Made by a program: the position numbers and the translations under genes. Of a stretch of 36,325 bases of DNA, positions 1 to 9,327 are shown piece by piece. Under the pieces are notes generated by a model, which was not told the DNA's origin, did no database searches, and worked only from the letters and a program-made list of their open reading frames with translations. Within the stretch, counting starts at the first letter, position 1. The number at the start of each line of letters is the position of its first letter. This DNA is from a virus, in the IMG/VR virus record IMGVR_UViG_3300043960_000006, positions 1 to 36,325 of that record; one strand, given 5' to 3'.

Positions 1-127
1 AAAAAAAGCGACTGGTATCGATGGAACGCGCAGCCGAATTCGATGCAGTCGGGCGTTGAATTCAAGCAGGCGATTGTACGAAAGCTGTTGAGTGAGGGTG
101 AGGTGCTGATCATCGACACGATCGATT
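1..127. repeat. Terminal direct repeat; identical to 36199-36325 (circular-assembly overlap)
   Basis: Read directly: the string aaaaaaagcgactggtatcgatgg...catcgacacgatcgatt at 1-127 restarts at 36199 and runs to the window end with no mismatch. Confidence 0.95.
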
Positions 128-987
128 CGCTTTTTGTTGCGGAGCGGTTCGAAGTGTATATGCCTTATCTGAAATTCCCTGCGCAGTATCGGAACGTCGA
201 GGTAATGACGCAGAGCCGCGATCTGTTCAAATTTGACCGGAGCTTTTCAGAATCCGATGTTTATCACATTCGCCTGGACAACTCGAATGTACGGGATATG
301 CTCGACGGCCTCGAGGTTACATACAATAAACTGCTTGCGATGTCGTACGCGAAGTATAAGCGCTCGAACGGGCGAAAGGGCGTGCTCGAGATCGACAAGC
401 CAGTGTCCGGTGATGAGAAGAAGAAGGAAGAGCAGTCGAACTCACTGCGCCGGAATTTCTCAAAATACTACAGCGACGAAAACGGCCTCGCAATCGTGCC
501 GCGCGGAATGAAGTACACCGAGCTTCAGGGGCCTTCCAATTCGCAGAGTTCGGAGATCTCGAACTTCTCCGCGATCACACGCGAGAGCTTCACGCGTGCG
601 GCACAGGCTTACAACATCCCGCCGGCGTTACTGCTCGGAGAGGTGGCAGACACATCGAAGGCGATGGACCAGCTTCTAACGCTTTGCATCGATCCGCTCG
701 TGCATCTGATCGAGAACGCGATCAACCGCAAGCTGTACAGCGATAGCATCATGAGCGGTTCCGGACTACGGATTGATACGACCACAATCAAACACATCGA
801 CATTTTTGATGTGGCGGCTTCTGCGGATAAGCTGATCGCGGACGGTATCCTGAATATCGATGAGGTGCGCGAGGCGGTAGGACGGCATCCGCTGAATACG
901 GAGTGGAGTAGAAGGCACTGGATGACCAAGAACTACGAAAACATCGAGACGGCGGGGAACGCCGCCGGAGGAGGTGAAAATGGCTAA
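1..987 (+). CDS. Portal protein, C-terminal part (5' partial in the linear window; continues from 36004-36325 across the circular junction)
   Basis: Frame of ORF 43..987 is open from base 1 and is in frame with the ATG at 36004 once the 127-bp overlap is collapsed. Sits between large terminase and prohead protease. TAA stop at 985-987. Confidence 0.85.
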   Translation, partial: KKSDWYRWNAQPNSMQSGVEFKQAIVRKLLSEGEVLIIDTIDSLFVAERFEVYMPYLKFPAQYRNVEVMTQSRDLFKFDRSFSESDVYHIRLDNSNVRDMLDGLEVTYNKLLAMSYAKYKRSNGRKGVLEIDKPVSGDEKKKEEQSNSLRRNFSKYYSDENGLAIVPRGMKYTELQGPSNSQSSEISNFSAITRESFTRAAQAYNIPPALLLGEVADTSKAMDQLLTLCIDPLVHLIENAINRKLYSDSIMSGSGLRIDTTTIKHIDIFDVAASADKLIADGILNIDEVREAVGRHPLNTEWSRRHWMTKNYENIETAGNAAGGGENG

Positions 988-1804
988 GTATTACGCAATG
1001 TTGAAAAAAGAAGGCGAGGCAGGCGAAGACGGATGTGCTTCAAGTACAGCAGAGATTTACATTTTTGGAGAGATTGTATCAGCGTTTTCGACAGCAATCG
1101 ATAAGGCGTATGACATAGATACAGGAGATGTATCCGGGCTGAGCTTTGCGAAAGACCTTCAGGATCTTGGAGAAGTTGATCAGATCAATGTGCACATCAG
1201 CTCTCCGGGAGGAGTCGCAACAGAAGGACTCGCGATTTATAACACGCTGAAAAATCACCCGTCGAAGGTGGTTACGATCTGCGATGGGATCGCGGCATCA
1301 GCAGCATCCGTGATTTTTATGGCAGGTGATGAGAGAATCATGAATCCGGCGTCTCTTCTGATGGTGCACAACCCGTACACCTATGTATCGGGCAATTCCG
1401 CACAGCTTCGTGAAGAGGCTGACACGCTCGATAAGTTTTCGAAGGCGATGATCAGCGCGTATGTTGATGCGTCCGGTATGAGCGAGGAGCAGGTGAAGGA
1501 ACTGCTCGACGGCGCAAGCCATGAAGGCACATACATCACCGCGGATGAGGCGGTTGAAAGCGGACTCGCTACATCCGTGAATGCAACGGAGACTGACGAG
1601 GGCGAAGGTGTGGCGGCGTCGCTGAAAAAAATCATCGCAAAAGCACATCCTTCCATCTGCAAGATCAAGATCAACAAAGATGAGCTTGATGAAGAAATCA
1701 AGTCCATCGTTGATAAATACATGGCCGACGCGGCGAGCGCCGAAGAGGCTGAGGAACCCGATGAATCCGCATCCGTAGCGGAACAGCTTTTCAATCTTAA
1801 ATAA
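980..1804 (+). CDS. Prohead (head maturation) serine protease, ClpP-like
   Basis: ATG at 980 preceded by GGAGGAGG. Motifs ISSPGGVATEGLAIYN and ASAASVIFMAGDERIM...LLMVHNP resemble ClpP/S14 protease. Acidic C-terminal tail. Position between portal and capsid. Confidence 0.85.
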   Translation: MAKYYAMLKKEGEAGEDGCASSTAEIYIFGEIVSAFSTAIDKAYDIDTGDVSGLSFAKDLQDLGEVDQINVHISSPGGVATEGLAIYNTLKNHPSKVVTICDGIAASAASVIFMAGDERIMNPASLLMVHNPYTYVSGNSAQLREEADTLDKFSKAMISAYVDASGMSEEQVKELLDGASHEGTYITADEAVESGLATSVNATETDEGEGVAASLKKIIAKAHPSICKIKINKDELDEEIKSIVDKYMADAASAEEAEEPDESASVAEQLFNLK

Positions 1805-1826
1805 TTTTTATAGGAGGAACTGAAAA

Positions 1827-2969
1827 ATGGCAAAATCCAGAGATCTGATCCGGCAGCAGTATGCGGATAAACTCAACTCTGCGCTGGACAGCAACAATCG
1901 CGAGGAGCTTGTAAATGCGTTTGTCACGATGTCGGAGGACATCCAGAACAACGTGCTCGAGGACGCACAGGCGTATCGCGAGACACATGATGCGGCGATC
2001 CTTTCCAACAGGGGCGTCCGGGTTCTGACTTCTGAGGAGCGCAATTACTATGACGGGCTCATCAAAGCTATGAGCGCGCCGGATGTACGCGCGGCGCTCG
2101 CGGAGTTCAAGGTTGGGATGCCCGAGACGATCATCGAGTCAATCACGGATAACATCCAGACGGCATTTCCGCTGCTTGATGCGATCGACTTCACAGCGAC
2201 GAATGCAATCACTCGGATGATTGTAAACAAGAAGGGCGCGCAGCTCGCGGTATGGGGATCGCTCGGAAGCGCGATCACGAAAGAGCTCGATGGAGCGTTC
2301 GAGGAGATCGACGTAACCCATAACAAGCTCTCCGCCTACATGCTCGTGTCCGACGATATGCTGAAAGAGGGCCCGACGTGGGTAGATGCATATGTTCGTG
2401 CAGTTCTTCAGGAGGCACTGGGCCTCGGGTTCACGCAGGCAGTTGTTGCCGGCACCGGAAAAGACCAGCCGATCGGTATGACGAAAGATCTTGCGGGCGC
2501 AGTCACCGAGGGAGTATATCCGGACAAAACCGCGACCAAGATCACGAAGCTTGATCCGAAAACCTTCGGTTCGATCGCGGCGGGGCTTGCGACCGATGCG
2601 AATGGGCGTGCAAGAACAGTTGATAACATCACGATGGTGGTTAACCCGGTTGATTACTTCAATCTTGTAATGCCGGCAACCACTTATCTGAATAACGTCG
2701 GCGTATACGTGCAGAATCTCTTCCCGTTCCCGACGACCGTAATTCAGGACGTTAATGTTCCGTCCGGAAAAGCGGTATTCGGCCTCGCAAAACTGTACAA
2801 GCTCTGCGCGGGATTCGGCGGAAAGAGCGGAACGGTCGAGTTCTCCGACGAGTATAAATTCCTGGACGATGTGCGGACCTACAAGGTGAAAACCTATGCA
2901 AACGGCCGACCGATGGATAACAATGCATTCGTCGTTCGCGACATCAGCGGACTGACTGCCCTTTCATAA
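1827..2969 (+). CDS. Major capsid protein (HK97-like)
   Basis: 380-aa ORF with GGAGG RBS directly after the protease, the usual HK97-type order. Size and composition fit a major capsid protein. Confidence 0.8.
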   Translation: MAKSRDLIRQQYADKLNSALDSNNREELVNAFVTMSEDIQNNVLEDAQAYRETHDAAILSNRGVRVLTSEERNYYDGLIKAMSAPDVRAALAEFKVGMPETIIESITDNIQTAFPLLDAIDFTATNAITRMIVNKKGAQLAVWGSLGSAITKELDGAFEEIDVTHNKLSAYMLVSDDMLKEGPTWVDAYVRAVLQEALGLGFTQAVVAGTGKDQPIGMTKDLAGAVTEGVYPDKTATKITKLDPKTFGSIAAGLATDANGRARTVDNITMVVNPVDYFNLVMPATTYLNNVGVYVQNLFPFPTTVIQDVNVPSGKAVFGLAKLYKLCAGFGGKSGTVEFSDEYKFLDDVRTYKVKTYANGRPMDNNAFVVRDISGLTALS

Positions 2970-2983
2970 GGAGGTGAGCAGGC

Positions 2984-3277
2984 GTGGAAGAGTTACTGAG
3001 CGCGGTTAAATCCTACTTAAACATCGACTGGGGCGAAGACGACACCAAGATCGAGGGCTACATCAATCGCGGAACCGCTTACCTGAACCGGATCGCGGGA
3101 AAAACTCTGGATTTCACCGTGGAAGATCTTCCGCGCCAGCTGCTTCTTGACTATTGCAGATACGCGAACAGTCAGGCGCTCGAGGTCTTCGCCGCGAATT
3201 TTCAAGGCGAGCTGATCGAGCTGAATCTGGATTCACAGGAGGTGGCAGATGAAGATCAAAACACCGACGGAGTTTGA
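2984..3277 (+). CDS. Head-tail connector/adaptor (gp6-like)
   Basis: GTG start 7 nt after AAGGAGGTG. 97 aa, first gene after the capsid gene. Call is mainly positional. Confidence 0.55.
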   Translation: MEELLSAVKSYLNIDWGEDDTKIEGYINRGTAYLNRIAGKTLDFTVEDLPRQLLLDYCRYANSQALEVFAANFQGELIELNLDSQEVADEDQNTDGV

Positions 3278-3575
3278 AAATTTCAATTCCGGAATCTGTG
3301 AAATCTGGAAGACTGAGCGGAATCGCCCGAAGGAAAAGCTGTGCTCTCTGCATTATGGTGAGCAGGCCACTACCTACCGGAGGTATTTTTCTGCGAGGGC
3401 CGCACAGGTACGGATTGATAAAACAATTCATGTGCCGAAGCGGTCAGGCCTTGAATACGGGCAGCGGGTGAAACTCGGAGGCGAGTGGTACACAACCGAG
3501 CAGGTTCAGCCGCTTGATGGTACAAACCCTCCGGTCTGTGTGCTATCCCTTCGAAAACTGGAGGTGCAGGTATGA
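3249..3575 (+). CDS. Head closure / head-tail joining protein
   Basis: 108-aa ORF overlapping the previous gene, GGAGGTGG RBS. Conserved position in the HK97-like head-tail joining cluster. Confidence 0.5.
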   Translation: MKIKTPTEFENFNSGICEIWKTERNRPKEKLCSLHYGEQATTYRRYFSARAAQVRIDKTIHVPKRSGLEYGQRVKLGGEWYTTEQVQPLDGTNPPVCVLSLRKLEVQV

Positions 3576-3991
3576 GTGAAATCACAATTGATGTGGAAGA
3601 GCTTGACGGAGCAGTGGCCAAGATCCTGAAAGAGTACGACACGCAGGTGGTCGATGGCATGAAGATGGCCGCGAAAGAGGCGATTGAAGAGTGCGACAAT
3701 GTGATACACAACTCTGTGAGCTTCGAGCAGATAACTGGCAAGTACGTTGGCAACTTTTCAACAAAGAAGGTGGACGAGGATCCGCGGTCGATCACTTATG
3801 CATGGTACGTCGAGGATCCGGAGTATCGGCTTGCGCACCTGCTTGAAAAGGGACATAGGACGCGGGTGAAAAGCGGATCCTACGGGAGCACAGCACACAC
3901 ACGGGCGTATCCGCATATCAAGCTCGGCGAGAAGGCGGGCAAGAAGTATTTCCAGAAGCGGCTGACGGAGGTGATATCCGGTGACAGTTAA
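3572..3991 (+). CDS. HK97 gp10-like neck/tail component
   Basis: ATGA overlap with the upstream gene. Motif RLAHLLEKGH resembles the conserved lEfGt-type motif of the HK97 gp10 family. Position. Confidence 0.5.
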   Translation: MSEITIDVEELDGAVAKILKEYDTQVVDGMKMAAKEAIEECDNVIHNSVSFEQITGKYVGNFSTKKVDEDPRSITYAWYVEDPEYRLAHLLEKGHRTRVKSGSYGSTAHTRAYPHIKLGEKAGKKYFQKRLTEVISGDS

Positions 3992-4328
3992 AGAGGGAAC
4001 GGCTCTTGATCAGTGGATCGAGGAAGCGATCGGCGAGCCGGTGTTCAGCTCTGCTCAGTTTTTTGGAGATGTAAAGCAGGCACCCTACAGTGTGCTCTAT
4101 GACCTCGAGGATTCTTCCGGATCCGATACTACAAACTTGCTGAGTGCGCACAGCCTGACGCTGTACCGATATACGGAGGACGGCGTGCGGAACCGGAAGA
4201 TCGACGCACTTTTTAAAGAAAACGCCCTCGAATACAGCTATTCAGCCAATGCAACGGAGAACGGAGAACTGATCGAAGAGCGGTATCAGTTGGAATCCGA
4301 CATTTATGAAAGATATGGAGGTATCTAA
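3981..4328 (+). CDS. Tail completion/terminator-like structural protein
   Basis: GTG start overlapping the upstream gene. 115 aa, immediately upstream of the major tail gene. Positional call only. Confidence 0.4.
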   Translation: MTVKEGTALDQWIEEAIGEPVFSSAQFFGDVKQAPYSVLYDLEDSSGSDTTNLLSAHSLTLYRYTEDGVRNRKIDALFKENALEYSYSANATENGELIEERYQLESDIYERYGGI

Positions 4329-4329
4329 A

Positions 4330-4893
4330 ATGGCAGCGACAAAAAAATATTACATTCCGGTTGGCTCCGGAGACATGTATTACAAAGAGTTCAACGGCAC
4401 GATTCCGGAAGACTCAGAAATTGAGAATGATGACAACCGCATCGGCTATATCAAGGATGGCGCGACCATCACTTACTCACCGACTTCGCAGAGCTTCAAG
4501 GATGATCTCGGAATCGTATCCAGATCCGTGATCACCGCAGAGGAAGCAAAACTGGCAGGCAACCTGATCGCATGGTCGTCGGCTGACATGCCTGTTTTCA
4601 TTGCAACCGCACGAGTAACAGAGACCGCCAAAAACGGCACCACGCACCGCGTGATTAAGATCGGAGGCATGAACAACGACAACAAGAAGGTGTATTGCTT
4701 CCGCTTCGTGCATAAGGATGCAGAATATGGCGATGTGCGTATCACGATTGTGGGACGCTCTCAGGCTGAGATCTCGCTTACCTACAAGCAGGACGATTCT
4801 TCACAGATCGCGCTTGAGGTTACGGCACAGTCGCAGGATAGCGAGGGAACGCTGATTCTGTACGACGAAGATACCAAGGTTACATCTGCGTGA
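4330..4893 (+). CDS. Major tail protein
   Basis: ATG at 4330 (MAATKKYYIPVG...) lies 10 nt after GGAGG, so it is preferred over the ORF-track start at 4306. About 187 aa, directly upstream of the chaperone pair and tape measure. Confidence 0.7.
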   Translation: MAATKKYYIPVGSGDMYYKEFNGTIPEDSEIENDDNRIGYIKDGATITYSPTSQSFKDDLGIVSRSVITAEEAKLAGNLIAWSSADMPVFIATARVTETAKNGTTHRVIKIGGMNNDNKKVYCFRFVHKDAEYGDVRITIVGRSQAEISLTYKQDDSSQIALEVTAQSQDSEGTLILYDEDTKVTSA

Positions 4894-4914
4894 TGAAGAA
4901 GAAAGGAAATCATA

Positions 4915-5223
4915 ATGAAATTTGATTATCGTGAAGTTCTTCCGGATGAGTATTTCGAGTGCACAGTAAAGGTTAGCGGCGCGCCTGTTACGCTTCACCT
5001 GACTCCGCCTACCGTACTTGCCACCGACCGGCTTCTTAGCCTCGATAGCGCGGAAAACAAAACGCGTGCCATGCGAGAGATCGCGGCGGAACTGATTGGA
5101 TCGAACGAGGAAGAGAAAGATGTAGGAGAGAAGGCGGTTAACGCCATGACCACGAAACAGCTTCATACCTTTATCTATGCTTATACCGGATGGCTCGGGA
5201 GCACGAAGAAGGAAAAAAACTGA
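4915..5223 (+). CDS. Tail assembly chaperone (gpG-like, unshifted product)
   Basis: 102-aa ORF between the major tail and tape measure genes. Ends ...KKEKN* right after an A AAA AAC slippery heptamer. Confidence 0.8.
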   Translation: MKFDYREVLPDEYFECTVKVSGAPVTLHLTPPTVLATDRLLSLDSAENKTRAMREIAAELIGSNEEEKDVGEKAVNAMTTKQLHTFIYAYTGWLGSTKKEKN

Positions 5224-5507
5224 CCGTGCCGTCCTGCTCGTTCGACCTGGACGATGAGGACGGCATACCCTATACAATCACTACGATCACGATGAAAATT
5301 GTCCATGACTATACGGGGATCGACTTCCGGTCCCTTTATAGCATGGACATTTTCACATACTGGCAATATCTACGCGATGCATCGATCTACCTGTACAACC
5401 GCACGGAATCCGGGCGAGATTACCTGCGCAAGTGCTGGGCATCGGAGCAGACAGAGCCAGACCGAAAAACCTTGAGAAAACTCTTCGGAGGCGGCATGAA
5501 TGGCTAA
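4915..5507 (+). CDS. Tail assembly chaperone, frameshifted fusion product (gpGT-like)
   Basis: Frame 1 (4915) joins frame 3 (5190..5507) by a -1 shift at 5214-5220. The G/GT arrangement upstream of the tape measure is conserved in long-tailed phages. Confidence 0.7.
5214..5220 (+). promoter_or_regulatory. -1 programmed ribosomal frameshift site, A_AAA_AAC
   Basis: Zero-frame codons are gaa aaa aac tga (5212-5223). A -1 slip on A AAA AAC enters the frame of ORF 5190..5507 (...KKLTVPSCSFDLDD...), which is open to 5507. Confidence 0.75.
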
Positions 5508-8500
5508 TGATATAAAGGGCATCAACGTCAAGATTGGCGGGGATACCACAAACCTAAAAAAAGCGCTTGGCGATACAGACGCCGCCACAAAGAGCCTCCA
5601 GAAGGAGCTCCGCGAGGTTAATCGCCAGCTTAAATTTGACCCGTCAAACACGATGCTTCTTACACAGAAGCACACGCTACTCGGGAAAGAGATCGAGAAC
5701 ACAAAAGAACGCCTGACCACGCTGAAAGCGGCTCAGGACCAGTTCGACGAATCCGCGAAGGGAACGGAAGAGGGTGCGGCACAGTACCGCGCACTTGAGC
5801 GCGAGATCGAGAAGACGGAAAGCCAGCTGCAGAATATGCAGAAGGAGTACGTAAAAACCTCCGAAACCTCGCAGAAGCTGTACGCGATCTCGGATAACCT
5901 TGACAAGATTTCCAAGAAAGCAGATGCGGCAGGAACCGCGCTGACGAAAGGCCTGACCGTACCGATTGCCGCACTCGGTGCCGCATCTATGGCGGCGTGG
6001 AACGAACTTGACGAGGCGATGGATACGGTCGTAAAGAAAACCGGAGCGACCGGCGCGACGCTGACCGACCTTCAGGATCGTGCGAAATCAATCGCAGAGA
6101 CGATTCCTGTATCCTTCCAGTCAGCCGCGGATGCAGTCGGAGAGGTCAACACGAGGTTCGGACTTACCGGTCAGGCGTGCGAAGATCTCGCGAAGCAGTT
6201 CGTAGAGTTTGCGGAGCTGAATAACTCAGACGTATCTTCCTCAGTAGATGGCGTGCAGAAAGCACTGACGGCCTTCGGAGAGTCTTCCGATCATGCCGGG
6301 CAGCTTCTTGACGTGCTCAATCGCACCGCTCAGAACACAGGTATCTCGGTGGAAACGCTCGAGAGCGGAGTAGTGAGCAACGCGGCCGCTTTTCAGGAAA
6401 TGGGACTCACACTCAATCAGTCTGTATCCTTCATGGGACAGCTTGAAAAATCAGGTGCGGACTCATCCACTGTGATGTCAGGGCTCCGGAAGGCGCTCAA
6501 AAATGCGGCAAAAGATGGTGTCCCGCTCAATGACGAGCTCGCGAATTTGCAGGAAACCATCGAGAACGGCACGGGGAGCACATCGGGACTTACTGAGGCG
6601 TATGACCTTTTTGGAAAATCAGGTGATGCGGTATATCAGGCCGTAAAGAATGGCTCGATCGACTTCCGGAATCTTGCGAGCGAGACCGACATCCTCGCCG
6701 ACAGCACAAACTCTGTGTCTGACACCTTTGACGCGACACTCGATCCGGTGGACGAATTAAAGGTTACGCTAAATAACCTGAAGGACACCGGAGCCGAGCT
6801 CGCTACAAACGCGATGCAGTTACTTGCTCCGGCCTTTAAGAAGCTTACCGAAACGGTAAAAGACGCGAAAAAGAAGTGGGACAGCCTGAGTGATTCCCAG
6901 AAAGATGCGATTCTGAAACTTGCCGGCCTTGCCGCAGTGCTTGGCCCTTCGCTGAAAGCTTTTGCCGGGCTTACCAAGGTGGTTAAAGGCGCGGTTGATG
7001 GAATCAATAAATTTCAGCAGCAGGTTGCGCTTGCGAAAGAAGGCATCGGTCCGCTTTCCGGAGCAATCGCGGCGATGACTGGGCCGGCAGGGCTTGCCCT
7101 TGCTGCCTGCGCCGGATTGGCTGCCGGGATCGGTGCGATCATGGTGGCGGCGAAAGATACGGCTGATAGCGTGACTCCGATTGGATCCGAATTTGAATCC
7201 TTGGCGGATACGGCGGAATCATCAACTGGAAAACTGAAGGACGCCACGCAGTCTCTCGATGATGCAATGGGATCTGCCGGCCAGACGATGGATAAGGTAG
7301 AGGCACAGAAGGATGTTGCATCAGAACTGGTTGGCGAACTTGAAGAACTCAACTCAAAGTCGAGCCTTACAAAAGATCAGCAGTTGCAAATGGCGTCAGC
7401 CGTTGAAAGACTTAACGGCCTTTACCCGGGACTGAATCTTGAGATTGATAGGAACACCGGACATCTCAATCAGAATAATCAGGAACTTGAGGCCAACGTC
7501 AACAATCTTCAGAAGCAGGCTGAAAAGGCTGCCGCAACAAAAGTAATCAATGACATCATGGAGAAACAGGCCGATGTCATTGCGGCTGCTAACGATGCGA
7601 TGCTTGATGCGAAGGTGGCGCAGGACAATTACGATGACTCGCTCAACGAGACAGAAGGCGCTGCAAGCCAGTATAACGAGACTCAAAAATACATGGCGCA
7701 GTTACAATCCGACATTGCAAACGGAGTCGGTGATGTAACTGCCAAGACAAACGAGCTGAACGATGCGCAGGGTAAGATCGACGAAGGACTTATGCTCTAT
7801 AACGGGTCATGGGTTGAGCGGGATCAGCTTCTGGGCAAAGTCGGAGACAACTACGACAAGAACACAAGACTTCAAAAGGACTATGCAGACGCGCAGGACG
7901 AGGCGAACCAGAAGATCGACGAAGCCAACCAAAGGATCGAAGCACTTAATGAGATATACGGCTTGGATATCCCGCTGATGGACGGAGTTTCTGATTCGCT
8001 TTCTGGTATGTCGGATGCTTACGGCGAAGCATCTGGATCTGCTGATGCATACAGCGGCGCGGCTGACAACATCGCCGCATCCACCGATTCGCAGGTTCAA
8101 TCGCTTGACGAATTGAAGCAGGCCGCGCTTGATGATCTCAACACCGCGACCGATATGTTTAAGAAGTATAAGTCCGACTCTAAAGTTACGCTTCAGTCGA
8201 TGGACGACGCACTTAAATCGCAGGCCAAGGCTTTTGGAAATTATGCTTCGAACGTAAACACGATCACGTCGGATAGCCGATACCAGACGGATGAAAATTT
8301 CCGGGCGATGGCCGACAGCATCATGAACATGGGGATCGACGGAGCAGACTATCTTCAGCGGTTCACGAACGCCGCGCAGTCGAACGACGGACAGCTCGCA
8401 GAGATACTGAACGACTACGGAAGCGCTCAGGAGGCCAAAGACCAGTACGCGACAGCTATCGCTCAGATGCAGCAGGCAACGCAAGATGGAACGGATGCAA

Positions 8501-9327
8501 TGGTCGGCGAGGTGGCAGGAGCGCAAGGCCCTATGGCGAACGCCGCCGGAAACACAGCACAGGCTGGAGCCGATGCCGCGAACGCGAAAAGCGGAGCCTT
8601 TGGGAGCGCCGGGCAGAACGCCGGGAATTCCTATGCGAACGGGATCAACGCGACGCGCGGATTTGCGCAGGCATCTGGTTCTGCATCAGCAAGCGCGCTC
8701 GTTAATGGACTTTCAGGCGCAATCAATCAGTCCGGCAACGTAGGGCGGAGCACCGGAGCCAATTACGCAAACGGAGTAGGCAGTCAGGCGGGAAACTCAA
8801 AGAACGCGGGCGATTCGCTCGGGTCAAACGCGGCAGCCGGCGCGAATAAATCAGGCGAGATGCGCCAATCTGGATCCGATATGGGTAACAGCTTCGCGAG
8901 CGGGTTGAGAGCCGCTGCCGGAGCGGTTGAAAGTGCGGCACAATGGGTCGCGGGACGAGTGGCGGCTTTCCTCCACCACTCGACACCGGACGAAGGACCA
9001 CTGCACGGGGACGATCTCTGGGGCTATGAATTTTCTGAGAACTTTGCGGAAGGCATCCGTAGCAACATAGGTAAGGTACGGAAGGCATCGGAAGAACTCG
9101 CGGCATCTGCTACCATACCGGATATCGAGCCGAAAATCAGGCTCGTGGCGGATGATGACGGCACGCGTGCGAACCTGCTTCAGGCAGCATCGGCAGCTGG
9201 AAAAACCACGGTAAATCAAATTTACATCGATGGAATCAAGTACAACACCGACAGCTACATCGATGCATCGATCGACAATTTTGTGAAAGAAATGCTGAGA
9301 AAGGGGCAGATGTATGGCGGCAATTAA
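5500..9327 (+). CDS. Tape measure protein
   Basis: 1275 aa, Ala/Gln/Asn-rich and coiled-coil-like, with an internal hydrophobic stretch (GPAGLALAACAGLAAGIGAIMVAA). Directly downstream of the chaperone pair. Confidence 0.9.
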   Translation: MANDIKGINVKIGGDTTNLKKALGDTDAATKSLQKELREVNRQLKFDPSNTMLLTQKHTLLGKEIENTKERLTTLKAAQDQFDESAKGTEEGAAQYRALEREIEKTESQLQNMQKEYVKTSETSQKLYAISDNLDKISKKADAAGTALTKGLTVPIAALGAASMAAWNELDEAMDTVVKKTGATGATLTDLQDRAKSIAETIPVSFQSAADAVGEVNTRFGLTGQACEDLAKQFVEFAELNNSDVSSSVDGVQKALTAFGESSDHAGQLLDVLNRTAQNTGISVETLESGVVSNAAAFQEMGLTLNQSVSFMGQLEKSGADSSTVMSGLRKALKNAAKDGVPLNDELANLQETIENGTGSTSGLTEAYDLFGKSGDAVYQAVKNGSIDFRNLASETDILADSTNSVSDTFDATLDPVDELKVTLNNLKDTGAELATNAMQLLAPAFKKLTETVKDAKKKWDSLSDSQKDAILKLAGLAAVLGPSLKAFAGLTKVVKGAVDGINKFQQQVALAKEGIGPLSGAIAAMTGPAGLALAACAGLAAGIGAIMVAAKDTADSVTPIGSEFESLADTAESSTGKLKDATQSLDDAMGSAGQTMDKVEAQKDVASELVGELEELNSKSSLTKDQQLQMASAVERLNGLYPGLNLEIDRNTGHLNQNNQELEANVNNLQKQAEKAAATKVINDIMEKQADVIAAANDAMLDAKVAQDNYDDSLNETEGAASQYNETQKYMAQLQSDIANGVGDVTAKTNELNDAQGKIDEGLMLYNGSWVERDQLLGKVGDNYDKNTRLQKDYADAQDEANQKIDEANQRIEALNEIYGLDIPLMDGVSDSLSGMSDAYGEASGSADAYSGAADNIAASTDSQVQSLDELKQAALDDLNTATDMFKKYKSDSKVTLQSMDDALKSQAKAFGNYASNVNTITSDSRYQTDENFRAMADSIMNMGIDGADYLQRFTNAAQSNDGQLAEILNDYGSAQEAKDQYATAIAQMQQATQDGTDAMVGEVAGAQGPMANAAGNTAQAGADAANAKSGAFGSAGQNAGNSYANGINATRGFAQASGSASASALVNGLSGAINQSGNVGRSTGANYANGVGSQAGNSKNAGDSLGSNAAAGANKSGEMRQSGSDMGNSFASGLRAAAGAVESAAQWVAGRVAAFLHHSTPDEGPLHGDDLWGYEFSENFAEGIRSNIGKVRKASEELAASATIPDIEPKIRLVADDDGTRANLLQAASAAGKTTVNQIYIDGIKYNTDSYIDASIDNFVKEMLRKGQMYGGN

